Of a stretch of DNA of 64,000 bases, positions 25,129-37,700 are shown piece after piece. Source of the stretch: Mobula hypostoma (Eukaryota). The DNA is taken from contig NC_086118.1 of assembly GCF_963921235.1 (NCBI RefSeq), forward strand, positions 29,328,001 through 29,392,000, read 5' to 3'. Position 1 is the stretch's first letter. Every line of letters starts with the position of its first letter. Position numbers and translations under genes: made by a program. A model generated the notes under the pieces. The model was not told the DNA's origin and searched no databases. It worked only from the letters and a program-made list of their open reading frames with translations.

Positions 25129-25268
25129 ATTGATGGCTCGACTTTGCGGACTTTATGTATGCAGCATGGTCCATTGATAACATTCCATCTGAACTTGACC
25201 CAAGGAAATGCTGTGGTTCGCTACAGTTCAAAGGAAGAAGCAGCTAAGGCCCAGAAATCTCTCCACAT
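25129..25268 (+). CDS. TNRC6C: TNRC6C coding exon, RRM core
   Basis: ctgcAG|...|GTaag; 140 nt, phase 0-2; [47 protein letters not shown], the hallmark GW182 RRM. Confidence 0.95.
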
Positions 25269-26111
25269 GTAAGATACTAGTATTAGTCTAGACTTGAGGT
25301 TTTTCTATAATTTAGTATTATGTTCATTTGGATTTATGTGCATGATTCGGAGAATTGATACAAAGTTTTGTGGTTTCCTAGTCTTTGAAGGAACATTAAA
25401 TGTTCTCAATTTATCCCTGCCACTGTTTCTCAGGATAGCATGTCATCCAATTGATCCAATTTATTTTCTTGTGTTTTGTCCTGGCCGATCTGTCTACCAA
25501 AATGACAGATGTACTAGTACTCACTACACATCCCCACAGGACTTGCAGGTCTACATTTATTGGTACAGATAACATAGAAAACCTACAGCACGATACTGGC
25601 CCTTTGGCCCACGATGCTGTGCCGAACATGTACTTACTTTAGAAATTGCCTCAGGTTACCCATAGCCCTTTAGCCCCATGTACCTATCCAGGAGTCTTTT
25701 AAAAGACCCTATCATATCCGCCTCCACGACTATCGCCAGCAGCCTATTCCATGCACTCACCACCCTCTGCGTGTTTTTTTTTAAATCAACAACAGCAATA
25801 ACTTGCCCCTGACATCTCCTCTGGACCTACTTCCAAGCACCTTAAAAATTGTGCCCTCTCGTGTTAGCCATTTCAGCCCTGGGAAAAAGCCTCTGACTAT
25901 CCACACGATCAATGTCTCTCATCATCTTATACACCTCTATCAGGTCACCTCTCATCTTCCGTCACTCCAAGGGGAAAAGGCGGAGTTCACTCAACCTATT
26001 CTCATAGGGCATGCTCCCCAATCCAGGCAACATCCTTGTAACTCTCTTCTGCACCCTCTCTATAGTTTCCACATCCTTCCGGTAGTAAGGTGACCAGAAC
26101 TGAACACAGTA

Positions 26112-29100
26112 CAGTCGGCCCTCCTTATCCGTGAGGGATTGGTTCCGGGACCCCTCGCGGATACCAAAAAACGCGGATGCTCAAGTCCCTTATTCAACTT
26201 TTCTAAATGCGGTGGACCTTAGGACTCAGTGGAACCCCGGACCTTATTTAACCTGGCTCAGTGCGGTGGACATTAGGACGCAGCAGCGGTGCTCTGAATC
26301 CGCAGTGTTTCTGTTCACGAAAGTAATCATGATCACGATTGAAAATAAAGTGGAAATAATAAAGCGATCGGAAAGAGGTGAAATGCCATCGGTCATTGGA
26401 AAAGCATTAGGCTACAGTTGGTCAACGATCAGAGCAATTTTAAAGGATAAAGTGAGAAAGGCCCTGCCCCGATGAAAACTACAATTATTACTAAGCAACG
26501 CAGTGGTTTAATTATTGAGTTTTGGGGGTTTGGGATTTTGATCCTCCTGATGGAGAGCGCGTTCGGGAACGATCTGTCACTGGATCAAACTCGGGAACTT
26601 CTGTTCCCAAGCCCGGCGCTGAAACATACGTTTCTTAGGTGTTTTATATGTATAGAAAGGTAAAATATATGCAATATACTAAGGCAAACGTTTGACTAAC
26701 TGACACTAAATAATACTGGATGTACCTGTTCCGACTTACTTAGTAAGAGAACTTCCGTTTTTTTTCCGATCCCGATCCACAATAACCTACACACATCCTC
26801 CTATATACTTTAAATCATCCCTAGATTACTTATAATACCTAATACAATGTAAATTATTTGAATTACACAAAATACTTTTGTCAAACTTTCAATTTAATTC
26901 AAACAAGAAAACGCTGTAACTAGCATATCAAACAAGCCATAGCTGTCTTTAAGAATATTACAATACTTCACACCTTTAATTTTAAGTTTCATTATTGCAC
27001 TATTGCACCGAGCAGAAGGGACCAGAAGTGGAGCCCCGGAGCCCCGGAAGCAGTCTCTCTTTGCAGGCAGCTTTCCGTAGCGGGAGTGTTGCTGTGTTAC
27101 CATTACCTTAATTGGTATTACTTATTTTTATAATGCTCACATACCAACACCTTTAATTCTATGTTTCATTATTTAATTTTATTTCAACACGAAAAGTAAA
27201 TGAATAAAAATTAACCGTTGCACTCAGTGTGATGACTGGGGCTGAATACTTCCTGCTAGTTCCCTGAAATTTGGCTCATAACTACAGACAGCCAGTCTAA
27301 GACCGTCTGTAAGGTGTCTGTCAGCAAGACAGCTCCTGTACTTAGATTTAATAATTTTCAACTGTAAAAATGCAATTTCACATGATAAGTTGACCCGAAG
27401 TAAGCACTAACTTTTAGTGCACATGTGGTGAGATGAGGAAACTTCTCCCTGCTGAGAAGCCTCCAAAAGTCAGCGTCCCTTGATCTTGCTTTAAGCTCGA
27501 TGTCATTTTGCAAATCAATTATTTCCAATTCAGTATCACTTGGCACACCAAATACTTGCTGGATTTTGGCTGCTATCTGTTGTATATCGATCGGCAGAAA
27601 TGGGTTTGAAATAAATGCAGCAATATCTTTCATGACGTTTAACTCCCCAAAACGCCAATCGAACTCTATTGCCAGTTTGTCTAGGTAAGCACAGTACTGC
27701 TCAGGGCAAAAAGCATTTTTTCCTTGATGGCCTGTAACATTTTTTCCAAGTTGGGAAAGTGTGCCAGCCTCCCATTCTTTAGATTTGAAATCCAAACACC
27801 GAGCTTGGCCTTAAACGTATTTACTGCGCTCATCATGTGGGTTAGGTGTCGGTCTTTTCCCATGAGCTTGTTAGGTGCATTTAATGTAGCCGTTATGTCT
27901 GTCTGAAACCCTAAATCCAGTAGCCATGCATCATCTGACAGTTCCTTGTGCTCCTAGTTTCCTGTCGACAGAAAAATCTTTATCTCAGGCAGCAAGTCAA
28001 CAAATCATTGCAGCACTTTGCCGCCACTCAACCACCGAACATCAGAATGAAGAGGTACGTCTCCGTAAGCGGCATCGAGCTCATCCAATAACGCCGTGAA
28101 TAAGCGGTGCTGAAGCGCTTTTGCTCAAATCAGATTTATCAGTTTGACCACCAGTGTCATTACATGAGAAAAGTCCACGACCTTCCCAGCCAAGGCTTGC
28201 TGATGAATCACACAGTGACAATCCAGGAAGCTGGGAAAATCAGGGTCATTATGGTCACAAGTGCTATAAAACCAACACGCACACCGCGCATTGCTGGGGC
28301 CCCATCAGTAGTAATTGCCACCCGTTTATGAATGGGGATGTCATTTTCACGGACATTTTTTAAACTCACCTCACCTCTCGTTCTCTCCTTTAATTGCAAA
28401 AGAGTGAGGAAGTCCTCCTTTGTTGTAAAATCCTGGAAAGCCATTCTGTCAACTACAACAAGCTGAACTGCTTGCATTACATCCAGGGATTCATCGAACT
28501 GTAGTGAAAAATATTCACAGAGTAACAAGTCCTTTAACACTTGTCGATTCACGTCCTCTGACAGTGACTCTACCCTCCTTGTCACTGTTGCAGGGCCAAG
28601 CAGTATATTGTGTATTGCAGTTGTGATGTTGTTTTTGTTTTTAAAGTTATTAAAAACAGTCTCTGCGGTAATGGCCATTGCTTCCTTGAATAAATCTCCA
28701 TCTGTAGAAGGCTTTTTGTGTTTAGCCAAAAGGTGACTTACTGAAATGATGCTTCAATAGCAGCCTTATTTTGAGCAGCATGTTTTGTGAAAAACGATTG
28801 CTGGGCCTTCAGCCCCGATTTCAGCTCCTCAACTTCCCTGGCACAAATTGCGCTCTTTGAGGGGTAGGTGTCTTTAAATTTCTGGTAGTTGGTGTTGTGG
28901 TGCCACTCCAGATTCCCTTTTTTAGTCAGTGCTTGTGTTTGGTGGCACAGCATACATACACACTTGTCTTTCACCAAGGTAAACAGAAATTCCTCTTCCC
29001 ATTCTGGATGGATTTTGTATGTTTTCACCTTCTTTCGTGCACCTCTGCCATGCTATCAGGATAGCACAAGCGAGCGCCGTATAATGATGTTCGTGAGAGT

Positions 29101-29566
29101 CTGTACTCTTATCTAATCTAATTGGTCACTTTGATACGGCACAAGCTACACTGAAACCGCGGTGCATGGCGGGGGAACTATACACACATGCGCACTGGGC
29201 AGGAAGAACGGAACTAAAACCCCACAACCCAGAAACAATCTTTCTTTACAAACAGCTTTCAATAGCGGAAGTATGGCTATATTACCATTATCCAAATTAG
29301 TATTACTTATTTTTATAATGCTCACATTACAAAAGTATTTGTGTATTTATTTTTGATTTTTTTCGGGATCTACTGGGAAAGTCTCAAAGGTCGACCTGTC
29401 GATCGCAATTGACGGGTTGGCGATCACTAGTTTAGGGAATAATGACAAGAAAAAAAAGTCTGTACATGCTCGAACAACAAGTGCTGGAAGAGCACTTCCC
29501 GGTTTTCTCGATTCGCAGTTGGTTGAACTTGCGCATGTGGAACTCGCAGATAAGGAGGGCCGATTG
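26112..29566 (+). mobile_element. Tigger/pogo (MER2/Tigger3-like) non-autonomous DNA transposon, interrupted by a hAT element
   Basis: TIRs cagtcggccctccttatc / gataaggagggccgattg, TA TSD at 26110-11 and 29567-68; CENP-B-type HTH remnant ITIENKVEIIKRSERGE..SVIGKALG..STI..ILKDK. Confidence 0.9.
26855..29429 (-). mobile_element. hAT (Charlie/Buster/GTF2IRD2-type) transposon with frameshifted transposase; one terminus missing
   Basis: ORF pieces 28738-29028 (CMLC...H BED-like finger), 28208-28729 (FSLQFDES, TTDGAPAM), 27358-27863 (FGSTY); terminal TAGTGATCGCCAACC at 29429. Confidence 0.88.
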
Positions 29567-32500
29567 TACTCTAGGTGGGGTCTGACAAGGGTCCTATATA
29601 GCTGCAACATTACTTCTCGGCTCTTGAACTCAATCCCATGGTTGATGAAGGCCAATGCACTGTATGCTGCCTTAACCACACAGTCAACTTGCGCATCTGC
29701 TTTGAATGTCCGATGGACTTAGATCCCAAGATCCCTCTGATCCTCCACACTGCCAAGAATCTTACCATTAATACTATATCCTGCCATCATATTTGACCTA
29801 CCAAAATGAACCACCTCACACTTATCTGGGTTGAACTCCATCTGCCACTTCTCAGCCCAGTTTTGCATCCTATCGATGTCCTGTTGTAACCTCTGACGGC
29901 CCTCCACACTATCTACAACACCTCCAGCCTTTGTGTCATCAGCAAATTTACTAACCCATCCCTCCACTTCCTCATCCAGGTCATTTATAAAAATCATGAA
30001 GAGAAGGGGTCCCAGAACAGATCCCTGAGACACACCACTGGTCACCGACCTCCATGCAGAATATGACCTGTCTACAACTACTCTTTGCCTTCTGTGGGCA
30101 AGCCATTCTGGATCCACAATGCAAGGTCCCCTTGGATCCCAAGCCTCCTTACTTTCTCAATAAGCTTTGCATGGGGTACCTTACCAAATGCCTTGCTAAA
30201 ATCCATATACGCTCTATCTCCAGCAATGTGTTTGGTCACATCGTCAAAAAATTTAATCAGGCTCGTAAGGCACGACCTGCCTTTGACAAAGCCATGCTGG
30301 CTATTCCTAATCATATTATGCTTCTCCAAATGTTCATAAATCCTGCCTCTCTGGATCTTCTCCATCAACTTACCAACCACTGAAGTGAGACTCACTGGTC
30401 TATAATTTCCTGGGCTATCTCTACTCCTTTTCTTGAATAAGGGAACAACATCCACAACCCTCCAATCCTCCGGAACCTCTCCCATCCACAGTGATGATGT
30501 AAAGATTGCCAGAGTCTCAGCAGTCTCCTCCCTCGCCTCCTGTAGTAGCCTGTACATCTCATCTGGTCCCTTATCCAGTGACTTATCCAGCTTGATGCTT
30601 TCCAAAAGTTCCAGCACATCCTCTTTCTTAATGTCTACATGCTCAAGCGTTTCAGTTCTCTGTAAGTCATCCCTACAATCGCCAAGGTCCTTTTCTGTAG
30701 CAAAGTATTCATTAAGTATCGCTGCTATCTCCTCCGGTTCCATACACACTTTTCCACTGTCACACTTGATTGGTCCTATTCTCTTACATCTTATCCTCTT
30801 GCTCTTTGCATACTTGTAGAATGCCTTGTGGTTTTCCTTAATCCTGCTCGCCAAGGCCTTCTCATGGCCCTTTCTAGCTCCCCTAATTTTATTCTTAAGC
30901 TCCTTCCTGCTAGCCTTATAATTTTCTAGATCTCTATTATTATCTAGTTTTTTAACCATTCCTAAGCTTTTCTTCTTGGCTAGATTTTCAACAGCCTTTT
31001 TACACCATGGTTCCTGTACCTTACCATCCCTTTCCCTGTCTCATTGGAACGTACCTATGCAGAATGTCACGCAAATATCCACTGAACATTTGCCACATTT
31101 CTGCCATACATTTCCCTGAGAACACCTGTTCCCAAGTTCCTGTCTGATAGCTTCATATTTCCCCTTACTCCAATTAAACACTTTCCTAACTTGTCTGTTC
31201 CTATCCCTCTCCAATGCTATGGTAAAGGAGATAGAATTATGATCACTGTCTCCAAAATGCTCTCCCGCTGAGAGACCTGACACCTGACCTGGTTCATTTC
31301 CCAATACCAGATCAAGTACAGCCTCTCCTTTTGTCGGCTTATTTACATATTGTGTCAGGAAACCTTCCTGAACACACCTAACAAACTCCACCCCATCTAA
31401 ACCACTTGCTCTAGGGAGGTGCCAGTTGATATTTGGGAAATTAAAATCTCCCACCACGACAACCCTGTTATTACACCTTTCCAGAATCTGTCTCCCTATG
31501 TGCTCCATAACGTCCCTATTACTATTGGGTGGTTTATTTAAAAAAAAACACCCAGTAGAGTTATTGACCCCTTCCTGTTCCTAACTTCCACCCACAGAGA
31601 CTCAGTTGACAATCCCTCCATGACTTCCTCCTTTTCTGCAACCGTGACACTATCTCTGATCAGCAGTGCCACGCCCCCACCTCTTTTTGCCTCCTTCTCT
31701 GGCCTTCCTGAAACATCTAAAGCCTGGCACTCTTAAGTAACCATTCCTGCCCCTGAGCCATCCAAGTCTCTAACGGCCACAACATCATAGCTCCAAGTAC
31801 TGATCCACACCCTAAGCTCATACGCTTTGTCATGATGCTTCTTGCATTAAAATAGACACATCTCAAACCATCAGTCTGAGCGCATCCCTTCTCTATCACC
31901 TGCCTATCCTCCCCCTCACACTGCCTACAAGTTTTCTATACTTGTGAGCCAACCACCCCTTCCTCGGTCTCTTCAGTTTGGTTCCCACCCCCCAGCAATT
32001 CTAGTTTAAACTCTCCCAAATAGCTTTAGCAAACCTCCCTGCCAGGATATTGGTCCCACTCGGATTCAAGTGCAACCCGTCCTTTTTGTACAGTTCACGC
32101 CTGCCCCAAAAGAGGTCTCAATGATCCAGAAATCTGAATCCCTGCCCCCTGCTTCAATCCCTCAGCCATGCATTTATCCTTCCCCCTCATTCTATTCCTA
32201 TACTCTAGAGTCGCGTGGCACAGGCAGTAATCCTGAGATTACTACCTTTGAGGTCCTGCTTCTCAGCTTCTTTCCTAACTCCCTGTAGTCTGTTTTCCGG
32301 ACCTCCTCCCTATTCCTACCTATGTTGTTGGTGCCAATGTGTACCACTACCTCTAGCTGTTCACCTTCCCACTTCAGGATATCGTGGACGCGATCAGAAA
32401 CATCCCCGACGCTGGCACCTGGGGGGCAAACTACCATCCGTGTTTCTTTCCTACGTCCACAGAATCGCCTATCTGACCCCCCCTAACTATAGAGTCCCCT

Positions 32501-33216
32501 ATCACTGCTGCCAACTTCTTCCTTTCCCTACCATTCTGAGCTTCTGTGCCAGAGGCGTGGCCACTGTTGCTTCCCCCAGGTAGGCCATCTCCCCCAGCAG
32601 TACTCAAACAGGAGTACTTATTGTAAGGGGGACAGCCAGTGGGGTACTCTCTAGTATCTGTCTCTTGCCCTTCCCTCTCCTGACTGTTACTCACTTATCT
32701 GTCTCCCAAGGCCCCAGTGTGACTACTTGCCTATAGCACCTCTCTATCACCTCCTCACTTTCCCTGACCAGGTGAAGGTCATTGAGCTACATCTCCAGTT
32801 CCCTAACGCGGTCCCTAAGGAGCTGCAGCTCGACACACCTGGCACAGATGTGGCTGTCCAGGAGGCTGGGAGTCTCCCGGCCATCCCACATCTGACACCC
32901 AGTACAGAACACCAGCCTCACAGACATACTTTCTATTCCTCACAAATAACTTACCTGGCCTCGACCCGTTGAGCCAAAGCCCTCAGTTTCCCTCTACTCC
33001 ATCACCCACTCTGTAAAGCTGTCTTCTTTTTAAATCCTTCCCGCCAGTCTAACTCGCTGATGTCCACGCACTTGTGCAGTCGTGCCTCGATCAAACTGCT
33101 AGGAAAAAAAACTGTCTTTTAAATCCTTCCCACCTGTCTAACTCACTGACCTCCATGCGCTTACGCAGTCGTGGTATGTGGTAAACTCTTCACAAACGTG
33201 CAGTCCTCTTTTCAGA

Positions 33217-33728
33217 AACATAGAAAACCTACAGCACAATACAGGCCCTTTGGCCCACAAAGCTGTGCCGAACATGTCCCTACCTTAGAACTACCTAGGC
33301 TTTACCCATAGCCCTCTATTCTTCTAAGCTCCATGTAGCCATCCAGGAGTCTCTTAAAAGACCCTATCGTTTCCGCCTCCACCACCACTGCCGGCAACCC
33401 ATTCCACGCATTCACCACTCTGAGTTTATTTTTTTAAAAAATACTACAACAACAACAACTACTTACCCCTAACATCTACCCTGTACCTACTTCCAAGCAC
33501 CTTAAAACGATGCCCTCTCGTGTGAGCCATTTCAGCCCTGGGGAAAAGCCTCTGACTATTCACATGATCAATGCCTCTCATCATCTTGTACACCTCTGTC
33601 GGGTCACCTCTCATCCTCCATCGCTCCAGGAAAAAAGGCTGAGTTCACTCAACCTATTCTCATAAGGCATGCTCCCCATTTCAGGCAATATCCTTGTAAA
33701 TCTCCTCTGCACCCTTTCTATGGTTTTC
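33217..33728 (-). mobile_element. CR1 3' fragment (same family as 25570-26110)
   Basis: High similarity to 25570-26070 and 63170-63730. Confidence 0.88.
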
Positions 33729-34374
33729 TGAAAGAGACTTGTACCTTTCTAGCCTCCTTTATTAATACCTTCTTGAACACTAAAGAAATGCTAAGAAAAG
33801 CACTTCTATCGAATTTGTCGGTACAAAGCACACCATCACTCCAGCGCCTCTGTTTGAACTCTGTTTTGGCAGGTCCAAAGATGTTGGTAACCAGGCAACA
33901 TGTCAGATTCTTCTCCTCTTGATTCTTTGATCATAATGCAATTGTCAGATCTGGGACTGACAAAAAAAACTTTGAATTTATTGATGCCTTTTATCTTTAA
34001 AGTAAATCATGGACATAAATTTTATCCAGTTTGTGCAAGTAGATACTTAACTCACTAAGAAAACTGTGTATTTTAAAAGCCTATCAAGCTACTTAAATGA
34101 CACGGCAGATATTTAATCACATGGTTGCTAGAAGTGAAAGAAGAATGAGAATGGAATACTACCTGGCCACTAAATTCTGTCCAAACTGTAGACCAAGCTT
34201 TATAAATGGTCCAGCAGTCCTTATTTTTTTCAATTCCATAAATAGTTATCATCTGAACTGACAGTGTATAGTTTGCATGTGAAGTTAGCTTTCATTTGCA
34301 GCATTTTAAGTTTGTAAGCATTTGACATGATCTGGTTTTGAGCTCTCTTAACATTTGACTTTTCCTTTGTCCAG

Positions 34375-34735
34375 GTGCGTTCTGGGAAACACTACTATCC
34401 TCGCTGAATTTGCCAGTGATGAAGAAGTCAACCGTTTCTTTGCACAAGGTCAATCACTCTCTCAGACCTCCAGCTGGCAGTCAAACGCCGGAACAAATCA
34501 GAGCCGACTTGGGTCAAGCACCAACACTCATGGATTGGTTCGCAATGATCTAGGTCACTGGAATACTACAAGCTTGAGTGGAAAAGGAACCAATGACCTC
34601 CTGTGGAGTAGTGTCCCTCAGTACTCCAGCAGTCTATGGGGTCCTCCTAACAATGATGACACCAGAGTTATTGGCAGCCCTACACCTATAAACACCTTAC
34701 TCCCTGGTGACCTTCTGAGTGGAGAATCAATGTAG
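34375..34735 (+). CDS. TNRC6C: TNRC6C last coding exon (RRM end and C-terminal W-motifs, CIM-2 LWG)
   Basis: gtccAG|G completes the ATG codon; [26 protein letters not shown]...SSLWG...[19 protein letters not shown] (TAG). Confidence 0.95.
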
Positions 34736-37700
34736 GGAAAACTGATCTTGTGAAGCTAACAATCAGCACTAAACAACCCAGTTCCGGACATTGTTTTGGC
34801 CCTGGATCCACAACCTGTGGTTGGATGAGGGAGTGTGGGCAGGGAAGTAAGTGTGGGATTTGGGTGGGTGGGGTTTTGGGGCATGGAAAGTCTACTTTTG
34901 CGAGCCTGGGTTTAGTATGCACATTACCCTTGCTTTCATTATTTTGTTTGATCCCAAAAACATATCAACACAAATACTTGAATCAAGCAGGCCAATATGA
35001 AATGTGAAAACCGTCTAATTTACACTTCTGAGGAGTTGTCATCACAAATAGGCTCAAACAAAAAGTTTATTGTGTGTATGTGTGATGGTGCAAATGTATG
35101 CATCTCAGTGTGTGGGTGTGTATGAAATCAGTGTGTTTTTTTGTTTCTTTATACAGTATATGCTTTTATTTGCTCGTTGGTCAAATTATTAGCTTCTAAC
35201 TTTGCACTGAGTGTCTGCAGCCCCTCCAGCTAATCTTACAAAGGGGCCAGCAGCAATTCATGTGTAAATGTTTACTCAAGGACACTCTTAACAGTGTGTG
35301 CTCTGGAGATGATGTGTATACCTACCTTTAGTGGCTTTTTTGTGGACTAATGCAAGAGAATTATTACAGGAGTATTGCACCAGTTTTCTTTCAGAGTATA
35401 AAAGTTAAAAAAAAAATGCTCTAGTTGAACTGTGGCCATAGCTACACAATAGAGTGGACCCATCCTGCAAGCAGGCATGGGAAGCACTTAGACTGGATAT
35501 TTTTGTGACTGATTTAGAGGTGCCTATGTTTGGTAACCTCCTGTTTACAAACTTTGCAGAACTTTAAAAAAAGGAAAAAAAAATATGAAAAAAGGACAAT
35601 TACTCTTCCATCAAAACCTATTTTCAGAATGAAGATGTGCTACTTCAGAACTCTGGGAATGAACAGTGTTGTATTTTTTTGGCCATTGTTGTGTATTTTT
35701 TCCTTTGTAAATTTTTGCTCACTTTCTTGCACACAGTGGATGATGTCTCAGGAAGGCCTGAATTTTCTGGGGAGCTACTCCACGCCATTTCATGTATTTT
35801 AACCCAACTTCTAGCACTGAAGAAAAAAAGAAAATACCTGTTTATTCTGTAGCAGTTACTTATTTACCAAATAATGGACACAACAATGTTTGAAGAGTGC
35901 TTTATGAAATGCTTTATGTTTTAAAAAGAAATCAATGCTTTTGATTGTGTTAAAGACAATTGACCAACATACTGTAAAGTATGTTGCTGTATAAACTCTC
36001 CTTGTCCCAGCCTGCTTGGATCAGGTAACTTGTGCATTATCTTTGAATAGGTTTTTATTGGTTTTATCAAGCTGTTTTTGGCAACAAAACGCTGGTTTTA
36101 AAGTGGATCATGAACTATGCACAAATGGGTTCAAGACTTTTTTTGTTTTTCCTGAGTTATAAGAGTGTATTTACCATTTCTTCTCAAAGGTATTTTGCAT
36201 CTCATTGCCATTATGTATATTCCAAGCCGAAAATAGTCTTGAGTTGTAGAAAAGCCTGACTTTAAAAGTTTTGGGGGGGTGGGGGGAAGAGGGAGTGAAA
36301 GTCTGTGTTTGTTTCATTTTTGCCTTTGAATTACAAATGTTGGTAATCCAAGATTTTTTTAAAGAAAGTTGGTGGCTTTTTAACAATTTATTTCCTCATA
36401 GAATGTGATTGTAAAAACAAATGCACAGAAAGTTGTTTTCTTGAACTATTGGGCTTCTTGAGAACTATTAATTGCAGTTTTCCCCTGGGAATTGAACAAG
36501 ATCATTAAAAGCATTATTCGTTTGAAATGAAGGATATTTCTATTCACTTACACTGAGCAAATGCTAAAGGCTCAGTGCATTGTGGTGAAGCTGCTTTTCT
36601 ACTCCAGTGTTTACTATGAAATTAGCAGATTACCACGGTGGATTGCACTAAGTGGATATACTTGGTTAAAAGATGAGGTAACCCCATCCAATCGACAAAG
36701 ATGTTGCTCTGTCAAAATGGTTTAGAAACATTAAACGTTGAAAACTTAAACTGTGTCAGAAACAAACCTCCAACAACTCTATGAAAACATGTAAATTTTT
36801 TTCAAAATATATAATGCTGTTTTGTGCATCTTTTGATGAGGTCCACTAGACTAATGAGTGAACCATTCCATGAGTTTGATAACCTGGTCTGGCACCAGTG
36901 AAAATGTGTGTGTATATTTTGTTGGGAATGTAAGACCACCCACTGGTTTGTCAGTTGCTGCCTACACAAGAGTGTGAGTACATGGAATTATTTAATTTGT
37001 AATTACAAATTAACACCAGCATTCCAAATTGGTGTAATCAGATTTGAAGTGTAACTATATTCCCCAATCCTGAGTTATTATTGGAAGTCTTATCCAAGAG
37101 ATTTTTTCTGCACCTCTGGGGGGAGGGGGGAAATGTGGTGGCAGTTTATATCAGATTTCAGTACACATTGTGGAATTTGCCTATTACTGAGCTGACAAAT
37201 GAATCTTGGAGGTTTTCTCACATCTGAACTTGTATTGAACAATTAGATTGCACTGTACAAATGACAGGCTTTTGTATATAATCTACTAGAGTTCCAATTC
37301 AGTAACAGAAATGTTATGTCAAAGCACTGTTGTAAACTGAAACACAAAACTAGTTTCGGAGCCTAATAACAATGTTCAGTGTGGGGGTTGAGAAAATAAT
37401 GCTGTAGCCCCTTCCCACACAGAGGTTTGTTTTTGTTTTTGAAAAATGGAACTAGTTTTTAAAAATCTCTCCAAGCTTTACTTTGAGGTAGCAAAGCACA
37501 ACTAGCCACATTGAATGCAAAACAAAAACAAAATTTTTAAAGCGCAAGGATTTTTCAGGTGAAACGTTGAAATATGATGCATTTGAAATTAAAGCTTGAT
37601 TTGGATTAACCATCATAAATAAAGACGTTTTGACCATTTGTTTACTTCCCTTTCCCATACCCCTTTTAACAAGGGACAGAACTGACATAAGCCCAAGTAT

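Larger units (their letters stand above)
25570..33173 (-). mobile_element. Near full-length CR1 LINE (ORF1 esterase, ORF2 APE-RT), disrupted and interrupted at 26112-29566
   Basis: ORF1 VIGDSIVRG/VHIGTN (SGNH esterase); APE GDFNFP, SDHN; RT QGSVLGPLLF, FADD; 3' tail (ttctatg). Confidence 0.92.

Noticed and set aside
27358..29028. Possible domesticated GTF2IRD2/ZBED gene
   Set aside because: Multiple frameshifts and stops, a TIR is present, and it is nested in other TEs
29719..31508. Long RT/endonuclease ORFs as an active retroelement
   Set aside because: ORF2 is fragmented by frameshifts and interrupted by a Tigger insertion; the CR1 at 43200-47355 is likewise frameshifted and carries a SINE insertion
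34750..35007. 85-aa ORF just after the TNRC6C stop with a GVLGHGKST P-loop-like string
   Set aside because: No ATG start, lies in the G-rich 3'UTR, and is most likely a chance motif
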